In this document: positions 1-9,498 of the stretch, in pieces
How the letters are laid out: each line of letters starts with the position of its first letter
Position numbering within the stretch: position 1 is the first letter of the stretch
The notes under the pieces: generated by a model
Databases searched by the model: none
What the model saw: only the letters and a program-made list of their open reading frames with translations
What the model was told of the DNA's origin: nothing
Program-made: the position numbers and the translations under genes
DNA from: an uncultured virus (IMG/VR IMGVR_UViG_3300028490_000394)
Taxonomy: Duplodnaviria > Heunggongvirae > Uroviricota > Caudoviricetes
Virus record (IMG/VR): IMGVR_UViG_3300028490_000394
DNA: 64,000 nt
Reading direction: 5' to 3' (one strand)

Positions 1-390
1 TTAGCACTCTCTAAAAATAGCCTTTATTGCCGGTATATCGTCGACCATAGTCAATACCCTATTTCTTTCTATTCCATTTTCATTGATTAAGTATTCATAG
101 AATTTTGTAATTGATTTGTCATTTACTTTTTTCATATCTTTTAAGTATTCATAAACTGAATATGCTATTTCATTATCTGTTTCATGTAGCTCTATACTAA
201 AGTATTTCTCTAGAAAAATATATTGTTTAAACTTTGTGAATACAAATAGTGCTGAGATATGGTTTGGATTTGATTTTCGCCTTACGTATTCTTGTAGCTC
301 TTCAAGTTTTTTTAGAGCGAAGTCTTGATAGTCTTTATCTATACGTTTGTTCTTTGTATGTTTCTTTATAATGTTTTCAAATTTTTTCAA
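1..390 (-). CDS. hypothetical protein
   Basis: 129-aa ORF with stop at 1-3; no recognisable motif. Confidence 0.6.
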   Translation of the reverse strand: MKKFENIIKKHTKNKRIDKDYQDFALKKLEELQEYVRRKSNPNHISALFVFTKFKQYIFLEKYFSIELHETDNEIAYSVYEYLKDMKKVNDKSITKFYEYLINENGIERNRVLTMVDDIPAIKAIFREC

Positions 391-392
391 GT

Positions 393-608
393 TTAATCTT
401 CCTTTCTTAAGTATACCATATGGTGTTCTGTATCATTTGTTTTGTCTCTTTTATTAGATTTGTGTCCGATTACTACTAATGGATCACAAGTTATAGCTCT
501 ATGTAGTATAGGGTTATCTACCTGTGCACCAGCACCTACCATTATAACTTTTGGATTTCTATCTACTCTTGCTTTTAAAGTTTTTAAATGTTCTGTACTT
601 CCTGGCAT
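393..608 (-). CDS. hypothetical protein
   Basis: 71-aa ORF preceded by AAAAGGA and a TATAAT box. Confidence 0.6.
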   Translation of the reverse strand: MPGSTEHLKTLKARVDRNPKVIMVGAGAQVDNPILHRAITCDPLVVIGHKSNKRDKTNDTEHHMVYLRKED

Positions 609-652
609 AAGTATCCTTTTTTCTTTTATTATAGCAGGAGTCTTCTTAAAGT

Positions 653-1093
653 CTATTTAACTACATTGTCGTAGCATACAGCAAGGGTATGATTATCTTT
701 CTGCACTCTATAATTCTAAACTACATTGTCGTAGCATACGATTGGGATAGTTGGAGTCCATTTAATACATGATTCTAAACTACATTGTCGTAGCATACTT
801 GAATTGGCTTTTAAAATTGAATCTCAGCAGATTCTAAACTACATTGTCGTAGCATACCATTACTCTCTTTATGACTAATCTTTATAGCTATTCTAAACTA
901 CATTGTCGTAGCATACCAGTAATCGGATTCTATGCAACTTCTTACTCAATTCTAAACTACATTGTCGTAGCATACTTGTTATTGTCAATAAAGTTATTTT
1001 AGAGGTTATTCTAAACTACATTGTCGTAGCATACCAATATATATAGTTATAGCAGATAGTTATAATATTCTAAACTACATTGTCGTAGCATAC
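653..1093 (-). CRISPR. CRISPR array, type I-F-like: 8 repeats of 27 bp, 7 spacers (one 33 bp, six 32 bp)
   Basis: ATTCTAAACTACATTGTCGTAGCATAC at 713, 772, 831, 890, 949, 1008 and 1067; degenerate trailer copy at 653-679. On the minus strand GTATGCTACGACAATGTAGTTTAGAAT forms a GCTAC/GTAGT hairpin followed by an 8-nt TTTAGAAT handle, like I-F CTTAGAAA. Confidence 0.97.
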
Positions 1094-1163
1094 TATAGAG
1101 AAAATAGTTAAAAGACTGGTACTCTCTTCAATATTAGACATATTAAAGAAAATACCCAAATTT

Positions 1164-1793
1164 TTATTGCTTTCTTTTTCCTTTTTTTACAAAACCATAA
1201 GAATCGACCTTCTCAGCGAGAGAATCGAAGTCTATTATATCAAAATTAGTTCTAGTAAAGAATGTCTTAAAAAAATTTCGGTTTTTATTAGAAGTAAAGG
1301 ATAGATATGGTCCATTATCCTTCATTTTCTTTTGAATGTCTTTAATCACCATATCTATTTCTTTAAATAGTTTATATGACTTAAATATTTGTTTATGTAG
1401 TGGACGTGGATTTGTCCAATTCATTTCTCTCACAAAATCTTGAAAAGAGTTTTCTGATAATTCTTTTTCATTTTTTTGTATAAATTTTAGTAAACTATTT
1501 CTATTTAGAGAAGAACCTTTATTTCTTAATAAACACCCTTCTATTTTTTCTACAGCTTCTTCTTTTATATCTCCCTGGTCTAGCATTAATATATAAACAA
1601 ATGATTCTTTTAATTCTATTAAAAAGTCCTCTTTTACATATATATCTAGTTGTCCACCATGACTTATTCCATTTAGTTTTGGAAGATCTATGAGGTATAA
1701 ATTTTCTTTTGAAGAATTATGTAACTCTTGTACTATTTGATTTATACCTGTATAGCTTTCTTCTAGTATTTTTATTGATATTTTATATATCAT
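1164..1793 (-). CDS. cas6f: divergent Cas6f (Csy4) crRNA endoribonuclease
   Basis: Last gene of the cas operon; N-terminal ELH His, PYLSFTS (compare Csy4 PFVTLRS) and C-terminal DSYGF loop. Confidence 0.7.
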   Translation of the reverse strand: MIYKISIKILEESYTGINQIVQELHNSSKENLYLIDLPKLNGISHGGQLDIYVKEDFLIELKESFVYILMLDQGDIKEEAVEKIEGCLLRNKGSSLNRNSLLKFIQKNEKELSENSFQDFVREMNWTNPRPLHKQIFKSYKLFKEIDMVIKDIQKKMKDNGPYLSFTSNKNRNFFKTFFTRTNFDIIDFDSLAEKVDSYGFVKKGKRKQ

Positions 1794-2881
1794 TATTTAC
1801 CTTTGTTTTGGAAGAGACCGCCTCTTACTAAATTCATATATACATAAAAAAGTTCTTCAGAATTTAATACTGTGCTTATCTCTTTATTTGAGTTTACAGC
1901 TTCTAATAGTTTATCTATCATAGGAAAAACTTTTTGTTCGTCACTTCTAAAGTCCTCAAAAAACTTTGTTGAGGTACCAGTCGGTTCTATTGGAATTACT
2001 AATGGATTTGCGGTATTAACGTTTAAATCGTAGAACGTGTCCACTGTTCTAATCGCATTTGATATTTTTTCTGGAGATAATCCAAAGACTGGTTCTTTAG
2101 TTGATTTTTTAAAAGAAACACATTTATACATTTCTTTTTCTTTATCGTCTTTTTTTGTTGAAAATAATTCTGAAGGATAAATATATGCTCCTCCACCTAT
2201 CATGAAAGTTGTTGTTATATTTAAAGTTAAAGACTCTATAGAATCTTGTTCTTTAACTATATATTTACTAATCAACCCTGATAATCTTTCAAATGATTCA
2301 TTTTCAGAATATAAGTCATTTGCTGCTCCTGTTTCTAAAGATAGTGCAAAAGGTGCTTTTTTATATATACGCGCATTTTCATTAAATTCTAGAGATCCTT
2401 TTTCTATTTCTCCTATTTCATTTACAACTTCAAAATCTATTTTTGTTGTTATTTTTTTAGCAAGATCTCTATTTCTAAACCCTACTGAACCATTAACTAT
2501 ATTATATGCAATTCCCATACCTACTGCACTTGTAACTATTTCATTTTCTTTAAGTTCTGTTATGATTTTGTTGAAGGCTTCTAAACTTGATACTTTTGAT
2601 ACTTTTATTTTATCTGGGATATTATTTACTCCCAGAATTGTTAATTTGTAATTTAACACAAGATCGTCTTGATCATTATTTAAGAAAACTTTTTCTCTAA
2701 TAGGTGTTGGATTTGGACCTTCTGTATCTTTCTTATGTTCTATAGCACCTTTGACCCCTACATTTATTAACTTTTCAGAGGAGATCCCTTTATTTATAAA
2801 TGCACCTTCACTATACTCAATTGCTCTTTTTATACTTAATACTGTTGGTAAATTTTGTAAACCTGTTTTTTCTTTTGCCAT
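1793..2881 (-). CDS. cas7f: Cas7f (Csy3) Cascade backbone
   Basis: LPTVLSIKR, SPEKISNAIRTVDTFY, IPIEPTG and NLVRGGLF match Csy3 motifs; start moved to MAKE after AAGGA. Confidence 0.9.
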   Translation of the reverse strand: MAKEKTGLQNLPTVLSIKRAIEYSEGAFINKGISSEKLINVGVKGAIEHKKDTEGPNPTPIREKVFLNNDQDDLVLNYKLTILGVNNIPDKIKVSKVSSLEAFNKIITELKENEIVTSAVGMGIAYNIVNGSVGFRNRDLAKKITTKIDFEVVNEIGEIEKGSLEFNENARIYKKAPFALSLETGAANDLYSENESFERLSGLISKYIVKEQDSIESLTLNITTTFMIGGGAYIYPSELFSTKKDDKEKEMYKCVSFKKSTKEPVFGLSPEKISNAIRTVDTFYDLNVNTANPLVIPIEPTGTSTKFFEDFRSDEQKVFPMIDKLLEAVNSNKEISTVLNSEELFYVYMNLVRGGLFQNKGK

Positions 2882-2885
2882 TTTT

Positions 2886-3641
2886 TTATCCTTTATGATT
2901 TGTTTCAATAATATATTGATCTTTTATTTTTTTTGTTTTCCATGAGTATTTATCATAGACCTCTTCTGTTAGCTTTTCTTTTAAGAAAGTGAATTTTGTA
3001 AATTTTATAATTGGTTCTACATAGTAATGTTCTTTTTTGTAAATAGAATCTTCTGTATTACCTTTTCCTAGAATTAACTCTCCTACACGAGATAAGGCTT
3101 TTATTCCTTTTGAACCTTTTTTTATTAAACTAGCTTCATAGATCATGTGATCTATTGAATCGAAGTTTGAATCCATTGAATATTGTGTATAACCTATTGG
3201 TCTATATATATTTTTAATGGTCGACTCTATCTGCATTTTATAGTTTATAATATTACCACCTGCAATTCTTAACTTTTTTAATATGTTAAATGCATTTAGT
3301 AAATCTTCAATCTCCAAAAATGTATGGTTCAGTTCAAATATTAGACTTACCTCAATATAACCTCTTGGCATATCTACTAAGCCGTCTGAACGTACTGGAT
3401 CCCTTGATTTCAATGTATGAGTTTTAGATTGTCCCATAAATCCATTTCTTTTATAGGTAATCATAAATCCATTACTTATTGAAAATTCTCCGTCTATTTC
3501 TTTAGAATTATTAATCTTTAATTCAATATTTTTTAATAGTGAGTGATAGACAAATGGACTTGGTAAACCATATAAAAACTCTGTTTGATAGAAATTTACA
3601 TTTACAGCATTTATATCTATTTTTATATAAGTTTTATTCAC
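2886..3641 (-). CDS. cas5f: Cas5f (Csy2)
   Basis: YGLPSP and LRIAGGNI motifs typical of Csy2; operon position. Confidence 0.85.
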   Translation of the reverse strand: MNKTYIKIDINAVNVNFYQTEFLYGLPSPFVYHSLLKNIELKINNSKEIDGEFSISNGFMITYKRNGFMGQSKTHTLKSRDPVRSDGLVDMPRGYIEVSLIFELNHTFLEIEDLLNAFNILKKLRIAGGNIINYKMQIESTIKNIYRPIGYTQYSMDSNFDSIDHMIYEASLIKKGSKGIKALSRVGELILGKGNTEDSIYKKEHYYVEPIIKFTKFTFLKEKLTEEVYDKYSWKTKKIKDQYIIETNHKG

Positions 3642-5292
3642 AACATTCCTCCCTTATTAGTTTATTTAAATCTATATAAAAAAATCTATCCTTTAAGTAA
3701 GATTCTTTAAATTGTATTTCTTCTTTTTCACTATTCACACATTTATTCCAGAATTGATTGGTATATAGAACTTCATTTGTAGAAAATAAATCTTCTAATT
3801 CCTCTTTTTCATATAGTTCAAAAATAATATTTATCTTATTTCTTAATATATTTTTAACTAATTGCTCTAAAGTTTCTGAAACTAAACGCATGTTTTTTTT
3901 GCTATATTGATTTAGTCCACCTATTGATTCATATCTTTTTTGTGCACTACTTAGATTAAAGTGTATACTTTTTAACTCTCTTGTATTCTCCATGCTTGTT
4001 AAAATAATGGATATCAATTCTTTTTCTTTTTGTTCTTTTGTTTCTGAATTATCAAATTTATTTATAAAAATATCAATTTCTTTCCCGTGAGTTAGAGAAG
4101 GTATAAATCCTTTTAATACCTTTCCTTGAGTTGATAGCATGTCTATGTTTTGTTGGTTATTTTTTAATAAATTTGAACCTTCTAAGGTATTTATCCAAAT
4201 ATTTGAAATATTATTCAAATCTTCTTCTGTAAGATACTTTGATAACATATCAAATGCTTTTTTTGAAAATATATATGTTACTTCTTCAACTGCTATTTTT
4301 TTATCTTTGATTAGTTCTAAATCTGTGAATTTATTTTTTTTTGAAAAGTTTTCTATATTTTCTTCAAGATAGTTTTTATTTTTCTTTAATTCATATAAAT
4401 GATAATTTAGTGCACTTAATAAATTCTTATTATAAAAATATATTGCAAGATTAGGAATTGAGGAAAATGTAACAAAACTATTTTCTGAGTCTATAAAGTA
4501 TGTATATTGTTTAAAATCAAAACTATTGTAATTTGGAATTGTGAAATCTTTAGTTTCTTCTTTTGATCTTTCTTTACTAAACTTTTCTAATTCATTTCTT
4601 CTATTTAAAATATCCTCTTTTTTACTTGTATTATAGAAACCTGCCCACATTCTATTTTTTAATATTGAAAAACTCTCTGATAATTTATGTCCAGATAAAA
4701 AGAAATCTTCTGATAGAGAATAACTACCTCTTACCATACTATCTGGCATGCTTTTTAATGGTAGTTTTGAATTACATAATTCTTTACAATCATGGTTATT
4801 ACTTTTTCCAAAAACATGTCTAAAATTTAACAAAGAATTCTCTAGTAAAAGGAAGGACTCACTGTTATGATTGCTATTTTTTGTTGTGAAATTTAATAAA
4901 TCTGGATAATAATTATGTATCACATTTAAGTATTTTTTAAAAAGTAAATCATAAGTTATTTTAAATTTAGTATTTGTTTTAGTTATTTCTACTTTAGCTA
5001 CATTGTCTGGAATGTCTATAAATTCTATATCTTCAATAATTTGATTTAAAATACTTCCTTCATTTGAAGGTATTAACTGACTTTTATTAATAGTTCCTTT
5101 ATATTTATATTGATTATATTCTTCTGAACTTGTTATTGACAGATCTAATATAAATAATTCTATTGAAAAATTTTTGTCTATGTAGACTCTTTTTTTTAAT
5201 AGTTTATATTTGGGATCTTGTAAAAATTTTTCTGCAGCTATAAAGAATACTTCTTCTAAATAATTTATAAAGGGTATCTTTTTTTTACTCAT
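3634..5292 (-). CDS. cas8f: Cas8f (Csy1)-like large subunit, divergent and elongated
   Basis: RHVFGKSNNHD, KQYTYF and NQQNIDML..IPSL align with Csy1 THxxKxxHPD, KQLYF and KPQNISQL..LPSL; operon position. Confidence 0.7.
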   Translation of the reverse strand: MSKKKIPFINYLEEVFFIAAEKFLQDPKYKLLKKRVYIDKNFSIELFILDLSITSSEEYNQYKYKGTINKSQLIPSNEGSILNQIIEDIEFIDIPDNVAKVEITKTNTKFKITYDLLFKKYLNVIHNYYPDLLNFTTKNSNHNSESFLLLENSLLNFRHVFGKSNNHDCKELCNSKLPLKSMPDSMVRGSYSLSEDFFLSGHKLSESFSILKNRMWAGFYNTSKKEDILNRRNELEKFSKERSKEETKDFTIPNYNSFDFKQYTYFIDSENSFVTFSSIPNLAIYFYNKNLLSALNYHLYELKKNKNYLEENIENFSKKNKFTDLELIKDKKIAVEEVTYIFSKKAFDMLSKYLTEEDLNNISNIWINTLEGSNLLKNNQQNIDMLSTQGKVLKGFIPSLTHGKEIDIFINKFDNSETKEQKEKELISIILTSMENTRELKSIHFNLSSAQKRYESIGGLNQYSKKNMRLVSETLEQLVKNILRNKINIIFELYEKEELEDLFSTNEVLYTNQFWNKCVNSEKEEIQFKESYLKDRFFYIDLNKLIREECCE

Positions 5293-7937
5293 TTTTTCTC
5301 CTTTGTTAATTTAAATCCTATATTTGTAAATTCAATTTTTAACATGTATTCTTTTTCCTTATTTATATTTATAGAAAATGTATTAAATCTTTTATATCCA
5401 TTTTCTTTTTTTAGAAATTTATTTTTCCAGGTATTAAAACCTTTAAAAATTTCTCTATTTACATTTTCTATATTCATTCCAATTATTGGACTTTCATTAT
5501 AAACCGTTTCATATTGAAAGGCATGTTCTTTATTTTTTCCTGATTTTATTTTAGGTTCTATATGCATAATATCATTATTATTATCTATATAGAATTGTTG
5601 AGTCCCTTCATTTTGTCTAAAGTCGGTATAAAAACCAAAATTAGATTCTCTTGTATTGTATACTAAAAATCTATTAAAGAAGCTTAACCCTTCAAAATCT
5701 TTTATATATGTGTCTGAAAAATTTAACTTCTTCTCTATTGCTAGGTTTTCATGTACTGCTAATAGATTTTTATTTTCGTCTTGCTCAAATATATGTTTGT
5801 TTGTTGATAAGAATTCTTCTTCTTTTACTAAATCTGATAAATCATGTAAACCTGTGTGACCAACGAATTCATTTCCTTCTTCAAAACCTGGTTGGGAATA
5901 AATTTTAGTTATCCTACCTTGTTGTAAATTAAAGTTTTTATTTAATATTACTATATTTGTATTAGTATTATTTTCTCTATATCTATGTCTATAAACTCTA
6001 CCACTACTTTGTATAATGCTTCTTGTTGACGAAGGTTCTGTTATATGCCAATCAAAATCATGATCTCTACCAACTTCTTCCACTGGGCTTGCTATTACAA
6101 TTACTATGTTATTTTTTTGAATATTATCTTTCATAAATTCTTTTTCATATAATTTATCTTTTTTTCTTTCCAGTAATATATCTAATTGTTTTTCTATATA
6201 AGAACGTTCAAGTAAAGTAAATTGCGCATGATATACTATGATTTTAATATTATGATTATGTAATTCTGGTTCAATGATTTTGATTAATGAAAATATCTCT
6301 TTTACATGTGCAATTCTTATTAACCCTGCTGAAAATTTATTTCCTTTGCTATCTACTTCATTATTGTTTTCATGTAGTTCAAGTGCGCATTGTAATATAT
6401 CTGTTTTTTTAAGATCTTTTATCTTTGTATTATTTTTTGACACCGTGTTCTTAATCACAATACTAGTAGCTTCTTTCCATGAAATTTCAAAATCCATTAT
6501 ATTTAGTCTTTTATTTGTAAAATCTGAAATATATAAGCAATTGATTTCTTTATATGTATTCTTTGCCTTTATACCATTCATAAATGCCTCATAATAGGCT
6601 TTTGCTAGTGCTGGGTATGGTGTCGCAGTACTTAGTATAAGATTGACTCCATAATAGCCTGCTAGAAAGATTAAATTTAAAACTGATTTTTGGTCTTCTA
6701 AACCTAGTTCGTCTACTTCGTCAATTATAAGGTCTGAAGTTATCAACCTTATAGTTGGATTAATATGGTTAGACCTTCTATAATCTGTGGCTTTAATCAT
6801 GTAATCAATTGTTGAAATTAAAATAGGTGTATCTAAAAAGTTCGCGACATTTCTTGAAAAATAGTCCTTATCTTTAAAATTTGACTGCCTGTCTATTGAT
6901 AATTCTGGCTCGTCTACTTTTTCTTCTTTATTATATGTTTGATATATATCTGTAATTGATTTAGAACCAATTAAAACATTTATATCTTCCTCTTTAAATA
7001 TCTTTAAATTTGTGTATGCAGTACCTGTTTGTAAAGTTAAAGTTCTTAAACCTTGTATTACTGTTAATCTATTCTTTTTGTTTATTAAACTACTATATTT
7101 TAATCCAAACCTTGTTTTCCCTGAACCTGTAGAGGACGATAGAAATGTTAATGTGGGGATATCTTTATTTATATTATCTTTTGCAAACTGTATTGACTTT
7201 TCTTGCCATTTAAATTTATCTATTTCAGTGGTTTCATGTATTATAGAGTCTAAATTTGTTTCTGACCATTTACTAAATGGATTTTTATTTTGAAAAAATA
7301 TTTCTTCTGCAAAGTTTATTTTAGAATTTACTGCTGCAATATGTTCTGAATATTTTTGATAATTATTATTTAAATCTTTTGCACTTAAATCTTTTTTATA
7401 ATTTTTATGATTATTATTGAATTTCACAGTTGATCCTATATGATCTGCTAGGATTAAAGAATTTCGGAGATCTATAATCTCATTAATTGGGATTGAAATG
7501 TTTGCTATTTTTTTTAAATCATTTTTTGCCTTATCGAAAATTTCTTTTGATATGATTCTAAAATCTTTTATTTTATCGTCCGTAAGGTTATGTAAATAAA
7601 CAAAACTAGTGTTTACAGGTATCGAACCTATATTTGATATTTCTGGAAGTCTATGGTGTGTTCCCATTATATATAGTAAGTTATATATATTTGGAGTATT
7701 TTTTCTTATTTCTTCAGAAATATATGCTGTCTTTTTTACTCTATTCTTTATAAATAATAAATAAGATTCCTCATTATATTCTTTATTTTTTATGATATAT
7801 TCAAAAATTAAAATTGTTAAATAGGAGTGATTTACTATACTTTTATATTTCTTATCTTTAAGTATTTTCTGAAAATGAAATGTATTTTTACCTAAATCAT
7901 GATACTTAGCTATAAAACTTAATATTTCTTTTCTCAA
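5289..7937 (-). CDS. cas3: type I-F Cas3 HD nuclease-helicase without the N-terminal Cas2 domain
   Basis: HDLGK, THH, LADH..SEH, STGSGKT, GLRTLTLQTG, DEVDE, EVGRDHDFDW and QSSGRVYRHR; likely start is TTG at 7937 after AAGGA, since the ORF-track start at 7994 lies inside a CRISPR spacer. Confidence 0.93.
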   Translation of the reverse strand: MRKEILSFIAKYHDLGKNTFHFQKILKDKKYKSIVNHSYLTILIFEYIIKNKEYNEESYLLFIKNRVKKTAYISEEIRKNTPNIYNLLYIMGTHHRLPEISNIGSIPVNTSFVYLHNLTDDKIKDFRIISKEIFDKAKNDLKKIANISIPINEIIDLRNSLILADHIGSTVKFNNNHKNYKKDLSAKDLNNNYQKYSEHIAAVNSKINFAEEIFFQNKNPFSKWSETNLDSIIHETTEIDKFKWQEKSIQFAKDNINKDIPTLTFLSSSTGSGKTRFGLKYSSLINKKNRLTVIQGLRTLTLQTGTAYTNLKIFKEEDINVLIGSKSITDIYQTYNKEEKVDEPELSIDRQSNFKDKDYFSRNVANFLDTPILISTIDYMIKATDYRRSNHINPTIRLITSDLIIDEVDELGLEDQKSVLNLIFLAGYYGVNLILSTATPYPALAKAYYEAFMNGIKAKNTYKEINCLYISDFTNKRLNIMDFEISWKEATSIVIKNTVSKNNTKIKDLKKTDILQCALELHENNNEVDSKGNKFSAGLIRIAHVKEIFSLIKIIEPELHNHNIKIIVYHAQFTLLERSYIEKQLDILLERKKDKLYEKEFMKDNIQKNNIVIVIASPVEEVGRDHDFDWHITEPSSTRSIIQSSGRVYRHRYRENNTNTNIVILNKNFNLQQGRITKIYSQPGFEEGNEFVGHTGLHDLSDLVKEEEFLSTNKHIFEQDENKNLLAVHENLAIEKKLNFSDTYIKDFEGLSFFNRFLVYNTRESNFGFYTDFRQNEGTQQFYIDNNNDIMHIEPKIKSGKNKEHAFQYETVYNESPIIGMNIENVNREIFKGFNTWKNKFLKKENGYKRFNTFSININKEKEYMLKIEFTNIGFKLTKEKK

Positions 7938-7955
7938 TAAAAATTCCTTTTTGTG

Positions 7956-8041
7956 TTTTTTTACTACATTGTCGTAGTATACCATGTGAAACATATCAAC
8001 TTAGCCATAGCTTAATTCTAAACTACATTGTCGTAGTGTTA
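7956..8041 (-). CRISPR. repeat-spacer-repeat mini-array in the cas3 leader
   Basis: Variant repeats at 7956-7982 (TTTTTTTACTACATTGTCGTAGTATAC) and 8015-8041 (ATTCTAAACTACATTGTCGTAGTGTTA) flank a spacer of exactly 32 bp (7983-8014). Confidence 0.9.
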
Positions 8042-8216
8042 TTTTTAAACAATACTATAATTTTACTTAAAGTATATTTAAAACTAATAGCTAATAATTT
8101 AGTATGTAGTAAAAAACAACATATTATTGCATTAAGTTGAATATTATCTTACCTTGACAAACTGTTAGTACAGAAATCAATAAATATATGATATACTTTA
8201 TTCAAAAAGGATTACC

Positions 8217-9113
8217 ATGATAATGAAGGAATTTATACCTAAACAGGCCAGCTCTACCTCTTTTAAGAAAGGTTATGAAAATGAAAAGGACGCCGCATAT
8301 TATATTGATTTTTCTTTCAAAAATACTAAAAATTCTATTGTCTTGCATGATCTTAATTTAGAGTTTGAAGGACAAAAAGCTCAAATAGACCATTTACTTA
8401 TTTCTAGACTTGGAATTTATGTTCTTGAGAGTAAGTTCTTCAGTGGAGATATTATTATTGATTCCCATGGAGCTTGGACTGTTAAATATGGAGACAAGGA
8501 ATATAGTATCCCTTCTCCTATTGAACAGAATGATCGACATATAATGATTGTTGAAAAAATACTAAAAAAGTCCGGACTGTTTCCTTCCGTCTTAGGTCTA
8601 TCTATGCTTCCTAAAATACATAATTACATTCTACTGTCTACACAAACTAAACTTCCTGTTGAATGTCCAAAAGAAGTTATTAAACAAGATACTTTACTGA
8701 ATACTATTATTTCTCGAGGTGAATCTGATATCTTAGGGGCAATTGTTGCAATATCTAAAATTATTAGTTCTGACACTGCCATTGCAGTTGCTAATAAGCT
8801 ATTATCTTTTAACAGAGAGCCAGTACAAAAAATATCTAAAACTAAGGTAAAAATTAAAGTACCAGAGCCTGACGTATCGATAGTTGAAGAAGTACTTGAA
8901 CCAGTTACTGTTACAAAGCGTACTTTTGAAGAGCTAAAAGCAATTCGTACGGACTTATCTAAGACTTTTAAGGTTAAGGCTTATTATATCTTCTCAGATA
9001 AGACTCTTCAAGAAATATTAGAAAAGGATCCTTTAAATAAAGAAGATATGCTTAAGATACATGGTGTTGGTGAAGTTAAATTTGAAAAATATGGAAAATT
9101 CTTTTTAAGATAA
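8217..9113 (+). CDS. NERD nuclease-related domain plus C-terminal HRDC domain protein
   Basis: AQIDHLLISRLGIYVLESK and SPIEQNDRH (NERD); AYYIFSDKTL..IHGVGEVKFEKYG (HRDC). Confidence 0.85.
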   Translation: MIMKEFIPKQASSTSFKKGYENEKDAAYYIDFSFKNTKNSIVLHDLNLEFEGQKAQIDHLLISRLGIYVLESKFFSGDIIIDSHGAWTVKYGDKEYSIPSPIEQNDRHIMIVEKILKKSGLFPSVLGLSMLPKIHNYILLSTQTKLPVECPKEVIKQDTLLNTIISRGESDILGAIVAISKIISSDTAIAVANKLLSFNREPVQKISKTKVKIKVPEPDVSIVEEVLEPVTVTKRTFEELKAIRTDLSKTFKVKAYYIFSDKTLQEILEKDPLNKEDMLKIHGVGEVKFEKYGKFFLR

Positions 9114-9159
9114 GCTGTCTACAAGTATACTTATTGTATAATGCGTACAAAGGAGTCTC

Positions 9160-9498
9160 ATGTCAAAAATTTTAGGAGATTGTCCTATCTGTGACGGTCA
9201 CATTATTCAACGTGAAAATTCATATGGTTGTACAAATGCTAATTGGCAGCATGACGACCATTTTGACGAACTACAAAATACCGGGTGTCGATATTCTATT
9301 CATAAAGAAAGTTTAAAGCGCTATGGCAAGAGAAAGGTCTCTGCTACTGATATTCAGAAACTTTTCAAAAATGGTTTCTTTACTGCAAAGCTGAGAAGTA
9401 GATTTAAAAAAGAATACTATAAATATGTCATGGTAAATGACGAGTATGGTATTGAAGTTGATTTCAACACAGAAGTTGAAGAAAAGGATATTAAATGA
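9160..9498 (+). CDS. stand-alone topoisomerase C-terminal repeat / zinc-ribbon protein
   Basis: LGDCPICDG..YGCTN..GCRYSI..KLFKNG..LRSRFKKEY pattern. Confidence 0.65.
   Translation: MSKILGDCPICDGHIIQRENSYGCTNANWQHDDHFDELQNTGCRYSIHKESLKRYGKRKVSATDIQKLFKNGFFTAKLRSRFKKEYYKYVMVNDEYGIEVDFNTEVEEKDIK

Noticed and set aside
2202..7293. Plus-strand ORFs antisense to the cas genes, and similar shadow ORFs across the window
   Set aside because: They are antisense or out-of-frame shadows of well-supported genes, with no RBS or motifs
7938..7994. Cas3 N-terminus encoded by the CRISPR spacer and repeat (ORF-track start at 7994)
   Set aside because: Those ATGs lack an RBS, while TTG at 7937 has a well-spaced AAGGA; the extension is probably just an open frame
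653..8041. CRISPR-associated transposon (I-F3) or Cas8-HNH variant
   Set aside because: No tnsABC or tniQ, an intact Cas3 is present, and no HNH motif is recognisable in Cas8f
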